From Antechinus flavipes (taxonomy: Eukaryota), in contig NC_067400.1 of assembly GCF_016432865.1 (NCBI RefSeq), positions 577,096,001 to 577,160,000 of the forward strand: a DNA stretch of 64,000 bases, written 5' to 3'. The notes beneath the pieces are model-generated. The model ran no database searches, was not told the origin of the DNA, and saw nothing but the letters and a program-made list of their open reading frames with translations. Positions 38,270 to 49,644 of this stretch are shown in pieces (positions within the stretch are counted from its first letter, which is position 1; each line of letters starts with the position of its first letter). The position numbers were made by a program, and so were the translations under genes.

Positions 38270-39220
38270 GTGCTTCAAACCTGTTCCCACTTCCGGGGAA
38301 CCCTCGTGTCAGGCGTTCCCCAAGTGCTGGAGTAAAAATGACAGGAACAAAATCAAGGGTCCCCTGTCTCTGCCCCGAGACCCCACGTGACTAGTAGGTT
38401 ACTGGTTCGGGTGAAAAAGGGGAAGAAAGTTTGCGTGAAATCGTGAGCCCATTTGACATACAAAGAAATGTTTCCAGGAGTCTGTGGAGCCGCTTCCTCC
38501 GACGATGTTTCCCGGCCTGCAGGAGGCGCTCCAGTCCAAACCTTGACCGCTTCCGAGACTGTTGGGCTGCTGATCTCGGATTCCTGGATCAAGGAAGTGA
38601 CGTAAATCGCGGTCTGAATTATCATCCTCCTAGTTTCACCACTTCCTCTCGCGAGATCCCGAGGAAGCCTGTCATGTGACCATCCAAAATGGCGGCGCCC
38701 AGTGCTGCTGCGATGGCAGCTGAGAACTCAGCTCCCGTGTATTTGGTGGTGAGCGGGATCCCCGCGGGCCTGCGCTCGGCCCAACTGAGGAACTACTTCA
38801 GCCAATTCCGAGAGCAGCGCGGCGGCCGCGACGCCGGCTTCCTCTGCTTCCACTATCGGCACCGACCTGAGCGGGCTCTGGCCCCGGAACCGGCCCCTGT
38901 CTCAGCACCCGCAGCCCCAGCCTGCGATCCCGCTCATGTCCAAGCCCCGGCCTCCCCGACCCAGACTTCCCATCTGCCGGCGGCTCCTGCTCTGTCTTCA
39001 GCCGCAGTCCCTCCCTCCACCTGCTGCTGCGTGATCTCGGTGCGGGGGCCAGCCCAGGCCGAGCGGTTCCTCCGCATGTACTCGGGCCGCCCTTGGCTCG
39101 ATTCTCAGGGCAACTGGCTGCCCGGACGCTGCCGCATCCGCAGGCTCCGGCTCCCCCTGCAGGAGGCAGGTAAGGACCTCCTCCTCAGACGCTACGACTT
39201 CGACGCCCCTATCTATCAAT
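38270..39220 (+). promoter_or_regulatory. GPATCH3: GPATCH3 CpG-island promoter
   Basis: ETS ACTTCCGG at about 38289; CACGTGAC 38384; GGAAGTGACGT at about 38593; TCTCGCGAGA 38647-38656; GTCATGTGAC 38671-38680; AAAATGGCGGC over the ATG. Confidence 0.8.
38689..39169 (+). CDS. GPATCH3: G-patch domain-containing protein 3, exon 1
   Basis: VYLVVSGIPAGLRSAQLRNYFSQFRE..FLCFHYRHRPE..TCCCVISVRG..RMYSGR.WLDS.G.WLPGRC; donor G|gtaagg. Confidence 0.95.
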
Positions 39221-40844
39221 CAGTACACACTTATTAAGTGCCTGCTATGTGTCAAGCCCTGTGCTAAGCTCCGGCGATACAAAAAGGGACCACAGTTCCT
39301 GCCCTCCAGGAGCTTACACTCTAATGAGGGAGGCAACATGCAAACAAATACATCCAGGGCAAGCTATAGACAGCTATGCACAGGACAGGTAGATGGCCCA
39401 TTGAATAGAGCTGGGCCCGGAAGTCTGGAAGATCTGAGTTCGATTCAGCCTCAGAATCTAGCAAGTCATTAACCTGTTTGCCTTCATCTTCTAGAGCTCG
39501 ACAAATCGGCAAAGCACTCCGGTATTTTTGCCAAGAAAACCCCAAGGACAGTGTGGCTCACAGGTTTGAGAAGAGCTGGGCACGATTCAACTACAAAACA
39601 AAGCCATTGTATATAGGATGAATAGGAAATAATTACCGGAGGGAAGGCACTAGGGTTGAGCAATTGGAAAAGGTTTCCAGTGAATGATGGAATTTTAATT
39701 GGGACTTAAGGCCAGGGAGGATAAGAGTCTGAGAAGGAAAGAATGCCTTCTAATCATGAGGAACAGCCAGAAGCAGGGCTTTGGGGGGAAGGGGGAGAAA
39801 AATGAGGTTGTGGGATCACAGTAGTAAGAGCCTCCCTGGCTATCATATAACCTAATTACTCACATTTTACAAATGAGAAAACTGAGATGCAGAAAGGGGA
39901 AAGGATCTTGTACAAATGCACAATGACTCGAAAATAAGTGCTTAATATATACTTATTGGTCAAGTGATCAAAATGAGATTTTCACTTGATCTTGTACCTC
40001 CAAATCCAGTTTTCCCACTACCACATACTGCCTAGAAGGACTTTGTGGAAAAGCAGAACTGAGGTGCTCCATTTCCTTAAATCAATTCTATACTTCTGTC
40101 GACTTGGTGTCTTAGAATACAAGCAAATGGGAGTCCTGGCACATCAAGATAGTATTCTAGGTCTAGACAGAAGAATTACCAATAAGAAGACAAATAATAC
40201 TAACCAAACCAGGATAGATTTCCACTTAAAATTTTAAGTTTTGGTTTGAGATGAGCCTCCATTTTTCTAGAGGTCTTCTCCTGGATTCTTTTCTCCTATT
40301 TTCTTCCACTAATGAACACTAATCCAGTTCACATCACTTCTCTAATAAATCCCCTTAACTAGGGTAAGTGGCAGAAAGAAATGGAAGCTTTATTTTCACC
40401 CCCTCTCTCCATGGAAAGACAGAATTCCAAAGACTCATTAAAAAATAGAACTGGAATTCTTGAAGTGACCTTTCACAAGCCACTCATTCTCTAGCCTGGT
40501 TTAATCTTCATCAGAGCCAGGGGTTTAGAGAAAAAAAAAAAAAAAAAAAAAACGTTTCTCATAAGGTCAAAGATCTTTTCCTAATTCTCCCTCCTATATA
40601 CACACACAATCTACTATTGGGCTCAAGGGACTGTAGTAGGCACTGGAAAGAAAAATAGCAGTAGGACATAGACATTCTTGAAGAGATTACAATCTAATGC
40701 AAAAGACATATATTGTCATAACTATACGTGATAGAGCAGGTAAGTGTAAAGGACAGGTACAGGGAAAATGGAAAGAAATCTGCTGGGGATATCTTCATGG
40801 AAGAATTAGTATCTCATTTGGACTTCAAAAGAACATAATACCTT

Positions 40845-41035
40845 CCAGCTTTTTAAACATTGATTGTGACCCCACATGGGATCTCATAACTGATTATGGG
40901 GGTTACAAAATTATGATTTATTATCAGTAAATTTTGATTTATATACATGTTTTATATACTTATATACCCAGGGTCATGTATAAATTTCTCAGATGAAAAG
41001 GGGTCACAAGTAGAAAAAAGTTTAAGAAGCCTCAA
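40845..41035. mobile_element. hAT-like MITE (related copy at about 53187-53380)
   Basis: Termini ..cttttttaaac / gtttaagaagc..; shared internal attatgattta and aaatttctcag. Confidence 0.6.
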
Positions 41036-41362
41036 ATGGGCCATATAGAGCTAGCAGGGATCTTACAGCTTGTTTTAATCAACCTCTTCATGTTTCAGAT
41101 GAAGAAACTGACACCTGTCAAGGATAAGTAGCTTGGCCAAAGTCACACACTTCATATGGGTGGTAGAGTCATGATGTAAATGGGTCCCAGACTAGGCACA
41201 TCAACCATCCAACAACATGCCTAAGGTACAGAGGATCCAGCCAAGGGTTTTAAAAGCAATCTCTTAACTCAGAGCTGTGGAGATGGGAGTTCATTCTGTC
41301 CACAAGTCTATACACAATTATTTGTGCATTTGTTTCAAGATTTTTTCTTATCTTTATCTAAG

Positions 41363-41781
41363 GTGTTGATCCCTTTCCTTTCAAGACCCGGAAAGAGTTG
41401 CATAGGAGAAGGACCACAAGTGAAGCTTTCACACTGGCTGACCTCACACAGCTACCAGAACTGAACCCTCCAGCCTTGATGCCCAATGGGAACGTGGGTA
41501 CCCCAATGCGTATCTTCTTAGAGCTGATCCGAGCCTGTCGTTTGCCCCCTCGCATCATTACACAGCTGCAGCTGCAGTTCCCCAAGACAGGCTCCTCCCG
41601 GCGATACGGCAATGTGCCCTTTGAGTATGAAGACTCAGAGACTGTCGAGCAGGAAGAGCTGGTGTACACAGCACAGGGGGAGGAGATCCCAGAAACCCCC
41701 CAACGAACTTTGCCCACACCCATCACAACTGGGACCCAAGAAGAGCCAAAAAAAGACGAAGAGGAATCTCATTCAGATGAT
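41363..41781 (+). CDS. GPATCH3: GPATCH3 exon 2
   Basis: FPFKTRKEL...LPELNPPALMPNGNVGTP..FLELIRACRLPPRIITQLQLQFPKTGSSRRYGNVPF...ESHSDD|gtgagt. Confidence 0.95.
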
Positions 41782-44249
41782 GTGAGTTCAGTGACATTGT
41801 CCTGTCTTGGTTGACCACACTAAAGGCCCAGTCATTTATTATTAATTACTGCTATTAGTATGAGTTAATTCCATTTGCTTTCATATACGTTCTCTGATTT
41901 GATCCTCACAGTTGTCCTGGAGTTCAGCAGTCCAAGCATAAATATTCCTGTTTTATAGTGGTGGAGTCAGGCCTCTTAATTCTCAGACGCTATTTCCACT
42001 ATAACAAGTTACCCAATTTGTCATAGTTACAGATTTCTATCATTAATAATAATGTTATATGCATAGAGCACTTTTAAGATTTGCGCTTTCCAACAATCCT
42101 CTGAAGTACATGCTACAATATTGTTGTTCAATCATTTCAGCTGTGTCTGACCCTTCATGACCCCATGTGGGGTTTTCTTAGCAGAATATTGGAGTGGTTT
42201 GCTATTTCCTCCTCCAACTTATTTTATGATATTTTAAAAAATTTTATAGTTAAGGAAATTGAGGCTAACAGGGTAAATTGACTGGCTCAAGGTCACACAG
42301 CTAGTAAGTGTCTGGCCAGATTTAAACTCAAGAAGATGGATCTTTCTGACTCCCAATCCAGCACTCTAAGCACTGAGCCACTTGGCCCCGAATTACTAAT
42401 GAAGAAACTTAGACTTTAAGAAGTTGTGACTTCTTTTTCTTATCCAGCTTGTAAGGTTTAGGAGTGATTAGAGATTTGAAACCAGTTCTCTTGATTCCCA
42501 AGTCCAACTGTCTTTGTATATTATACTATCCGGATTTTTGTCTTTACCACCATACTTTACTTTTCTATAATGAGGGTAAAAGGAAACTGATTTTAAATGG
42601 GTAATAAACTTCTGGTCTGCCTGATGAAATAGAACCAGTACATATGAAGTGGAGACTAGTAATTGTATTTGTCTAAACCTGACTTCAGAAATGGCTTTAA
42701 GAAAAAAATAATATAAGCACACGCTAAAAAAAAAAATCAACCCATCCATTATAGGCTGCCAACCAGTGGTATGTGGATTAATCATATTCACATCATAGAG
42801 TTGGAAGGAAGGGAGCTCAGAAGTCACCAATGAAATGGGTACTGAAATCATTATTTACAATGGAACCATCCTCAATAAGGAGTCTTTATCTTCAGCTTGA
42901 AGGCTTTAATGATTGAAAACTTTCTACCTCCAGAGGCAGTTCATTCCCTTTAGAACAAGCTCTGATTGTTAGGAAGCTTTCCCTGATATCAAATCTAAAT
43001 CTGCCTCTTATGGTCTCCATCTATTGCTCCAGACACAGGACAAATTAGAGTTCCTAAAAGTACTGATGGTTCAAAACCTTCCCCACATAATAGACTTTTT
43101 GAAAATTAGAATGAATCAAACAGAAGTTAATGACTCCCTGAGACAAGAAGAAATATTAAAGTCAAAAGACTAAAAAATTAGTCAAGCAGAATAAAACTGA
43201 TCTTTCTTCTGTGTGATAACAACCCTCTAAATCCCTAAAGACAGTCACTTATCCCCAAGCCTGAATTGGGCAGTTAGTACAATATTGGTACCATAATGGA
43301 AGTGAGTTGGATACAAGGAATAAAAATAGGCTGAGGTGATAGGCGAAAGAAGACTTCAGGTGATATCTTTAAAAGGCTCTTAGGGGAAAAAATGTAGGAA
43401 GCACATTGCAAACTTAAGACACTATATAAATGTCAGTAGATTATGATTTGATTTGATTGATCATGATTATGATCAAAAAGGATAGGGAGAATTGGATGAG
43501 GGGAATGAAAAAGGCAATCAATAAATGGACTGAGCAATGTCACCTGGAGGTGACAATGAGACTGATAGTATGCATGAGAAACAGTATAGGGCCAGCCTGG
43601 CTGAAATGTTTTAGAGCATGGGAAGGTAAAGCTGAATCAGTAATAATAGTAATAATAATAGTTCATAGGTCTGTAGCACTATAAGATTTACAAAGTGTAC
43701 TCTTCACAATCATCCTGTAAGGTCAGTAGTGTAAATGCTCTCATCCCCACTTGACAGAGAAAAAAACTAAGGCTGAATAAGGTACTTACATAAGGTAATG
43801 TGAAGACAGCTACATGGTAAAGTGGATAGAGTGCTGGGTCTGGAGTCAGGAAGACATGAGTTCAACTCTGGCTTCAAATACTTATTAGCTGTGTGATCCT
43901 GGGCAAGTCACTTCACCCTGTTTGCTCCAATTTCCTCACTGTAAAATGTGCTGTGGAAGGAAATGACAAACCAGTGTGGTATCTTTGCCAGGAAAACCCT
44001 AAAGAAAATCACAAAGAATTGGACACAAATGAACAATGACAAGATGATATAATTAATAATGTCAGGACGAGGATTTGAGCCCAGCTTTGAACCCTCAAGC
44101 GGCATGGTGTCACGAGGGATGTGGAGGCCAGACAGTCCCTCTGAGATAAGCCAGTCTTTTCGTGGCCTTGGCCCAATTTCCCTGCCCCCTTCACCTCCTG
44201 TTGGAGGGTGCCCTGTGGCAGCTCAATCCTCCCCCTGCTTCCTTTGCAG

Positions 44250-44424
44250 GACAATGACACGTGTGAGGAGTGGGAACGACATGAAGCCTTGCATGAGGAT
44301 GTGACAGGCCAGGAACGCACCACAGAACGGCTTTTTGAGGAGGAGATTGAGCTCAAATGGGAGAAAGGCGGCTCTGGGCTCGTGTTTTATACAGATGCTC
44401 AGTACTGGCAGGAAGAGGAAGGAG
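44250..44424 (+). CDS. GPATCH3: GPATCH3 exon 3
   Basis: ttgcag|DNDTCEEWERHEALHEDV...ELKWEKGGSGLVFYTDAQYWQEEEG|gtaata. Confidence 0.95.
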
Positions 44425-45635
44425 GTAATAAGGCTCACAGTTCTTCAGTGCTTTATAGTATGCAGAGTGTTTGTATGTCATTATCTCATCTGACTCTCAT
44501 GTTACTACCCCCATGGGAAAAACAGGGCAGTTATGGCATCCCAGTGCAGGACCTGGAGAGGAACAATCCCTCTGCCCAGGCCATAAAGTACAGAGTTGGA
44601 TCTGAAACACAGGTTTTCTGGCCACGAGGCAGTATTCCTTCTCTGCTACTGGATGTAATTCCACCTGGGCCCTGGGCAGCAGAGGAATGGATCTGTCACT
44701 GGGATACCCATGAACTTCAGTTTGAACACCTAAGTGCTCCCAGGGGATTCTGTTTGACATGCTTCCTTTACACTTTACTTACAACTACCGTGTAAATTTT
44801 ACTTTTTAAATACATTTTGTTTTGACATAATGGGCTAGCATTTAAAAAAAAAAGATACAAACATGCATGACTGTATAGTCTTGAAAACCACTAAGCAAGA
44901 ATGTAAAATTCCTTTTTGGTCTAAACTGGTGATTTCATTTATGCAGGCAAACTCCCCCATCAGTGCAGATAGGCCTCTCTTTGATAGCATCCCTTTTTCC
45001 TCTCTTTCCTTTCTTCTTTGAAGAGCATCAAAATATAAAAGCCATTTCCAGGGCTTTTTTCTTATGTAATTCCTCTATGATCCTTGATAACATTAGAGTT
45101 CTGAGGAGGCACTTGTACCATTAGAATGCAAGTCCTTGATTTGTGTTGAAGTTTCTCGTGGCTCTCATGTTCTCTTTCAAGACTTTGAAAGCAGCTCTGA
45201 TCTTTTCAGGAATTTTTTAGAAATCTTCTATTTCATTAAAAAGGCATACTTTCCCCCCCTCTAGGATTATACCCACTTTTGGTAACTAAGTTCTTCTTGG
45301 TTACCAGATATTATCTTTTTTGCCTTTTGGAATACTCTGTTCCAAGATCTCTACTCTCTTATAGAAGCTTATTTTTTCTTTGGTCTGGAAGCTCTAGATT
45401 TTATCTATTGTGTTTCCTGGGAGTTTTCCCATGGCAGGATGAATGAGCAAGATACAGGGATTCTTTCAGGAAATAATTCTCTTTTCATGTTATTCTTTGG
45501 TTCTAATAAATCTGAGCAGTTTTCTTTCATGGTTTCTTGAAATATTATGTCCAGGTGGAGGTGGAGGAGGTGGGAGAGGGGAAAGCAGAAGGTATATGTC
45601 ACAGTTTTGTGGTAATATAATGATTCCTAAATTAC

Positions 45636-45637
<2 letters not shown>

Positions 45638-45677
<40 letters not shown>

Positions 45678-45818
45678 TTTTTTGCTGAGGCACTTGGGAT
45701 TAAGTGACTTGCCCAAGGTCATACAGCTAGGAAGTGTTAAATGTCTGAGGCCAGATTTGAACTCAGGTCCTCCCGACTTTAGAGCTGGTGCTCTATCCAC
45801 TGCACCAATTAGCTGCCC
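45638..45818 (-). mobile_element. Young CORE-SINE with microsatellite tail and TSD
   Basis: TSD CCTAAATTACCT (45626-45637 and 45819-45830); tail (GTCT)n(CT)n(T)n on the + strand. Confidence 0.88.
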
Positions 45819-46969
45819 CCTAAATTACCTCTCAATCTATTTTCCAAGTAAGTTGTTATTGCTTTGAATTGCCTTCCATTTTCTTCTATTTTTTTTAGTC
45901 TTTTGACTTTAGTATTTCTTGTTTCAGGAGTCATTAATTTGTTTGTTTCATTCTGATTTTCAGAGTCTTATGTGGGTAAGGTTTTGAATCTCTTGAACTG
46001 AGCAGTTAATTTTCCTTCCAAGTGTTTCCTCCAAAGTTCTCATTTCTTCTCTCATTTCTAGCACTATCTCATTTCATTTAAAAAATCATTTAATTATTAA
46101 AAAAAAAAAAAAAAAGCAAAACCTCTTCATTTCATTTAGGAACTCTGATTTATCCTGTGTCTGGGCATTTTTCTGTAGATGTTGTGGAGTCATTCTCTTC
46201 TTCTGGATTTGAGTTTTGGGCATGTCTGATTCCATTGTAGTTCTTTAGTATGGGAGTCTTTTTGTTTGTTTCATTTATTGTTCCAGAATTATTTATTGAA
46301 TTAGGGTTTTGTGTCAGGGCCTAGTTCTGTGTACTTCTGGAAAGAATTTCTGAGCTAGATTTGCTTCTGCCTTGTTCTCCAATCCTGCATCTACTTTCTC
46401 TGAATATTGAGTGCTCAGGGATCTTAGAGGCAGCTCAATGTAAGGACTTCTGGGTCCACTATAAGACTCTGCAGTCTTTTAACTTTGTAACTTATTGTTT
46501 ATGCTTTGGTAACAATTTAGTGTCAACATCATCCACTGTGTTTGACAGTTTTGTTGCCATTTAATGATGTTTTTTAATTTGCATTGTTGAAGAAAGTATC
46601 TTTTAGTAATGCTTTTGTCATTCTCTATCTCTTTATACATGTTTTCCCATTTTTTCTTTGAATTTATCTGTCATTCCTTACAATGCAGTAATATTTCATA
46701 ACTGCAAATTATGCAGCTATTCCCAAAATGTAATTTTTCAAATTCCTGCAAAAAGAACACAACCTACAACAACTATGTGAGAAAATGGTTCAGATCAGTA
46801 GTAATATGAGAAATACACCTATCAGATTGGCAGCAATGACAGGAAACAAAACTGAAAGACCAAGGGCCTGTAGGAAGCCAGGTATATCTCTGGGAAATTG
46901 TGAATTGTTTCAGTGGTTTCAACCATTCTAGAAAACAATCGAGAGTTACCCCAAGAAAGGCAAAGACAT

Positions 46970-47456
46970 GCTGAGTGAAATGAGCAGGACTAGAAGATGG
47001 TTATATACTTCAACAACAATACTATATGATGATCAATTCTGATGGACATGGCCATCTCCAGCAATGAGATGAACCAAATCAGTTCCAATAGAGCAGTAAT
47101 GAACTGAACCAGCTACACCCAGCAAAAGAACTCTGGGAGATGACTATGAACCAGTACATAGAATTCCCTATCCCTCTATTTTTGTCCGCCTGCATTTTTG
47201 ATTTCCTTCACAGTTCTGGCTAATAGTACAGTATTTCAAAGTCCTATTCTTTTTGTACAGCAAAATAACTGTTAGGATATATATGCATTAACATACTTAA
47301 CATTGTATTGGTCAACCTGCCATCGGCGGGGAGGGGATGGAGGTAAGGAGGGGAAAAATTGGAACAAAAGGCAACTGTCAATGCTGTAAAATTACCTATG
47401 CATATATCTTGTAAATAAAAAGCTATAATAAAAAAATAATAATAATAATAATAAAA
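46970..47456 (+). mobile_element. Young L1 3' end inserted into an older L1
   Basis: 17-bp TSD AAGAAAGGCAAAGACAT (46953-46969 and 47457-47473); (AAT)n-type tail; host L1 ORF2 at about 46750-47950. Confidence 0.9.
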
Positions 47457-48114
47457 AAGAAAGGCAAAGACATAAAAAGGACCTATAGGTAATTTTATAG
47501 CAGCTCTTTTATAGTAGCAAAGAAGAAGGAATAAAGTGTGTGCCCTTTAGTTGGAAGATTTCTGAATAAATCATGGTGTATGGATCTATAAGACATTATT
47601 GATGCACTGAAACTAAAAATATCAGGAATTCAGAGTTGGGACACCGTGTATGAATGGATACAAAATGAAGCAAGCAGAACCAGGAAAACAATCTGCATGG
47701 TGACCCCGACAGAGTGTAGCTCACATCAGTGCATCTGCCAATCTTAACTGCAGAGGACCAATGGTGAGACATACCTTGCTTCTCTTGGTAGCAACATGAT
47801 AGGCTATAGATGTGGAATGAGTATGTATTCCCAGACATGGTCAATGCTTCTATTTGTTTAGCTTAGCTTTATCCCAAGGGAGGCTTTTACTTGGGTCTGG
47901 AGGTGGTGATTGGGAAGCCACAGCAGTTTTTGTTTTAAAATATCAGTAAGCTTTTAAAAAAAAAAAAAAAAGCATAGAGATATACTCCCCTATCCTGCCC
48001 TCAAAAATGGCAGGCATTCTGAGAAGCAGAGGGCAATACATTCTAGGTAGAAGGAGTAGCATATGGAAAATCATGGAAATTGAAAATGTCTTCCTCTGTG
48101 TCTTGTCCCTGCAG

Positions 48115-48174
48115 ATTTTGATGAGCAAACAGCTGATGACTGGGATGTGGATATGAGCATATACTATGATCGAG
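48115..48174 (+). CDS. GPATCH3: GPATCH3 exon 4
   Basis: 60 nt, (D)FDEQTADDWDVDMSIYYDR, AG/GT boundaries, phase 1-1. Confidence 0.95.
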
Positions 48175-48924
48175 GTAATTGGCCTAGCATGGCTCTGGGG
48201 GGCAGATGTCCTGTTCTTGGGTGACTTTCAGGCCTCCTTGACCTCCTTTCCCCCAGCCCAAGAGAGGAAGTGAGGGAATGAGTGTGGAGTTGGAGGCTGT
48301 CCTTTTTCCCCATGATTTGGTGAATAAGTGAAAGAGTACCATCTAGGGTACTCTTTTTACAATTTTATTGGTCTTTAATCTTTAATTTCTAAAATAAATG
48401 CTTTTTGGGAACTGAGAAAGTAGAGGAAAATATTAGAAGAAAAGTTAGAAGGAGGAAAAAGAAACAGCCCCAAACTCAGATTTTTAGGGTGACAATGGTC
48501 CCATCCTTGAGAATTGTCCCCATTCTGACAGAATGAGGCTTGAACTTTGGTAGAACTTTTCCATTGCCCTCTGGGAGTTTCTGGTCTGGTTACAGGCACA
48601 GTTACTACCTTGAAAAAGCCCAAGTCTGATGGGAAAATACAACTTTGACTCTCAGGAAGCCCATATAGACTGAGGAAGATACACAGTCTTTGTTATTTAG
48701 TGTAGCCTAGTCTGAAAGTTAAAGAAGTGAGACACTACCTGCACTCAGGGACTTACTGGTCTGATCAGGAAGAGGTCACAGAAACATGCAATGGAAACCA
48801 AAATGAGAGGAATCTAGCCCTGACTGGGTGCCATGAAAGCTTTCTGCCTCAGTCCCATCTCTGTACTGAATGTACCTTTGGCTAGGACTTTAGCCTCCTC
48901 CTAAATTAGGCTCTGGTTTCTTAG

Positions 48925-49022
48925 ATGGTGGAGACAAGGATGCTCGTGACTCCGTCCAGATGCGCTTGGAACAGAGACTTCGTGATGGCCTGGAGGATGG
49001 CACCTTTCAGCATCACACAAAG
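48925..49022 (+). CDS. GPATCH3: GPATCH3 exon 5 (with a 24-nt in-frame deletion)
   Basis: (D)GGDKDARDSVQMRLEQRLRDGLEDGTFQHHTK|gtgagc; 98 nt. Confidence 0.92.
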
Positions 49023-49113
49023 GTGAGCCTAATGTTTAATCCACATTTCAATTCCCTCTTCTCCACTTCCCATTTGTAGCTGGAAAGCTCTTGTCCTGTT
49101 CTTTCCTCTCCAG

Positions 49114-49227
49114 GGTATTGGAAGGAAGGTGATGGAGCGACAAGGCTGGGCTGAGGGACTTCGTAATGGCCTGGAGGATAGCTCTGTGGTCAGCCACCAA
49201 GTTGTTTCCTTTGAGCATCACACAAAG
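49114..49227 (+). CDS. GPATCH3: Putative chimeric GPATCH3 exon A (5' half of exon 6 fused to 3' half of exon 5)
   Basis: ctctccag|GIGRKVMERQGWAEG-LRNGLEDSSVVSHQVVSFEHHTK|gtgaac; 114 nt, no stop. Splicing not verifiable from DNA. Confidence 0.55.
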
Positions 49228-49308
49228 GTGAACCTAATGTTTAATCCACAGTTCAATTTCCTCCATTTGTGGATGGAAAGCCCTTGACTCCTGTTCTTTC
49301 TTCTCCAG

Positions 49309-49422
49309 GGTATTGGAAGGAAGGTGATGGAGCGACAAAGCTGGGCTGAGGGACTTCGTGATGGCCTGGAGGATAGCTCTGTGGTCAGCCACCAAGTTGG
49401 CTCCTTTGAGCGTCACACAAAG
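49309..49422 (+). CDS. GPATCH3: Putative chimeric GPATCH3 exon B
   Basis: ttctccag|GIGRKVMERQSWAEG-LRDGLEDSSVVSHQVGSFERHTK|gtgagt; 114 nt, no stop, consensus donor. Confidence 0.6.
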
Positions 49423-49516
49423 GTGAGTCTAATGTTTAATCCAGATTTCAATTCCCTCCTCCACTTTCCTTCATTTGTGGCTGGAAAGCCCTTGACTCTT
49501 GTTCTTTCCTCTCCAG

Positions 49517-49644
49517 GGTATTGGAAGGAAAGTGATGGAACGACAAGGCTGGGCTGAGGGCCAAGGCCTGGGCAGTAACTGCTCAGGAGTGGCTGAGGCC
49601 CTGGACAATGATGGGCAGAATCCCAGATGTAAGCGGGGATTAGG
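49517..49644 (+). CDS. GPATCH3: GPATCH3 exon 6 (intact G-patch)
   Basis: GIGRKVMERQGWAEGQGLGSNCSGVAEALDNDGQNPRCKRGL(G)|gtaagt; 128 nt. Confidence 0.95.

Larger units (their letters stand above)
48976..49560 (+). repeat. Three diverged tandem copies (about 195-208 bp) of exon5b-intron5-exon6a
   Basis: Donors at 49023, 49228 and 49423; acceptors end at 49113, 49308 and 49516; introns of 91, 81 and 94 nt. Confidence 0.97.

Noticed and set aside
48976-49560. GPATCH3 repeat as an assembly artefact or a retro-inserted circRNA
   Set aside because: Copies differ by many substitutions and intron indels, unlike a false duplication. Junctions fall mid-exon and introns are retained, which excludes a spliced RNA template.
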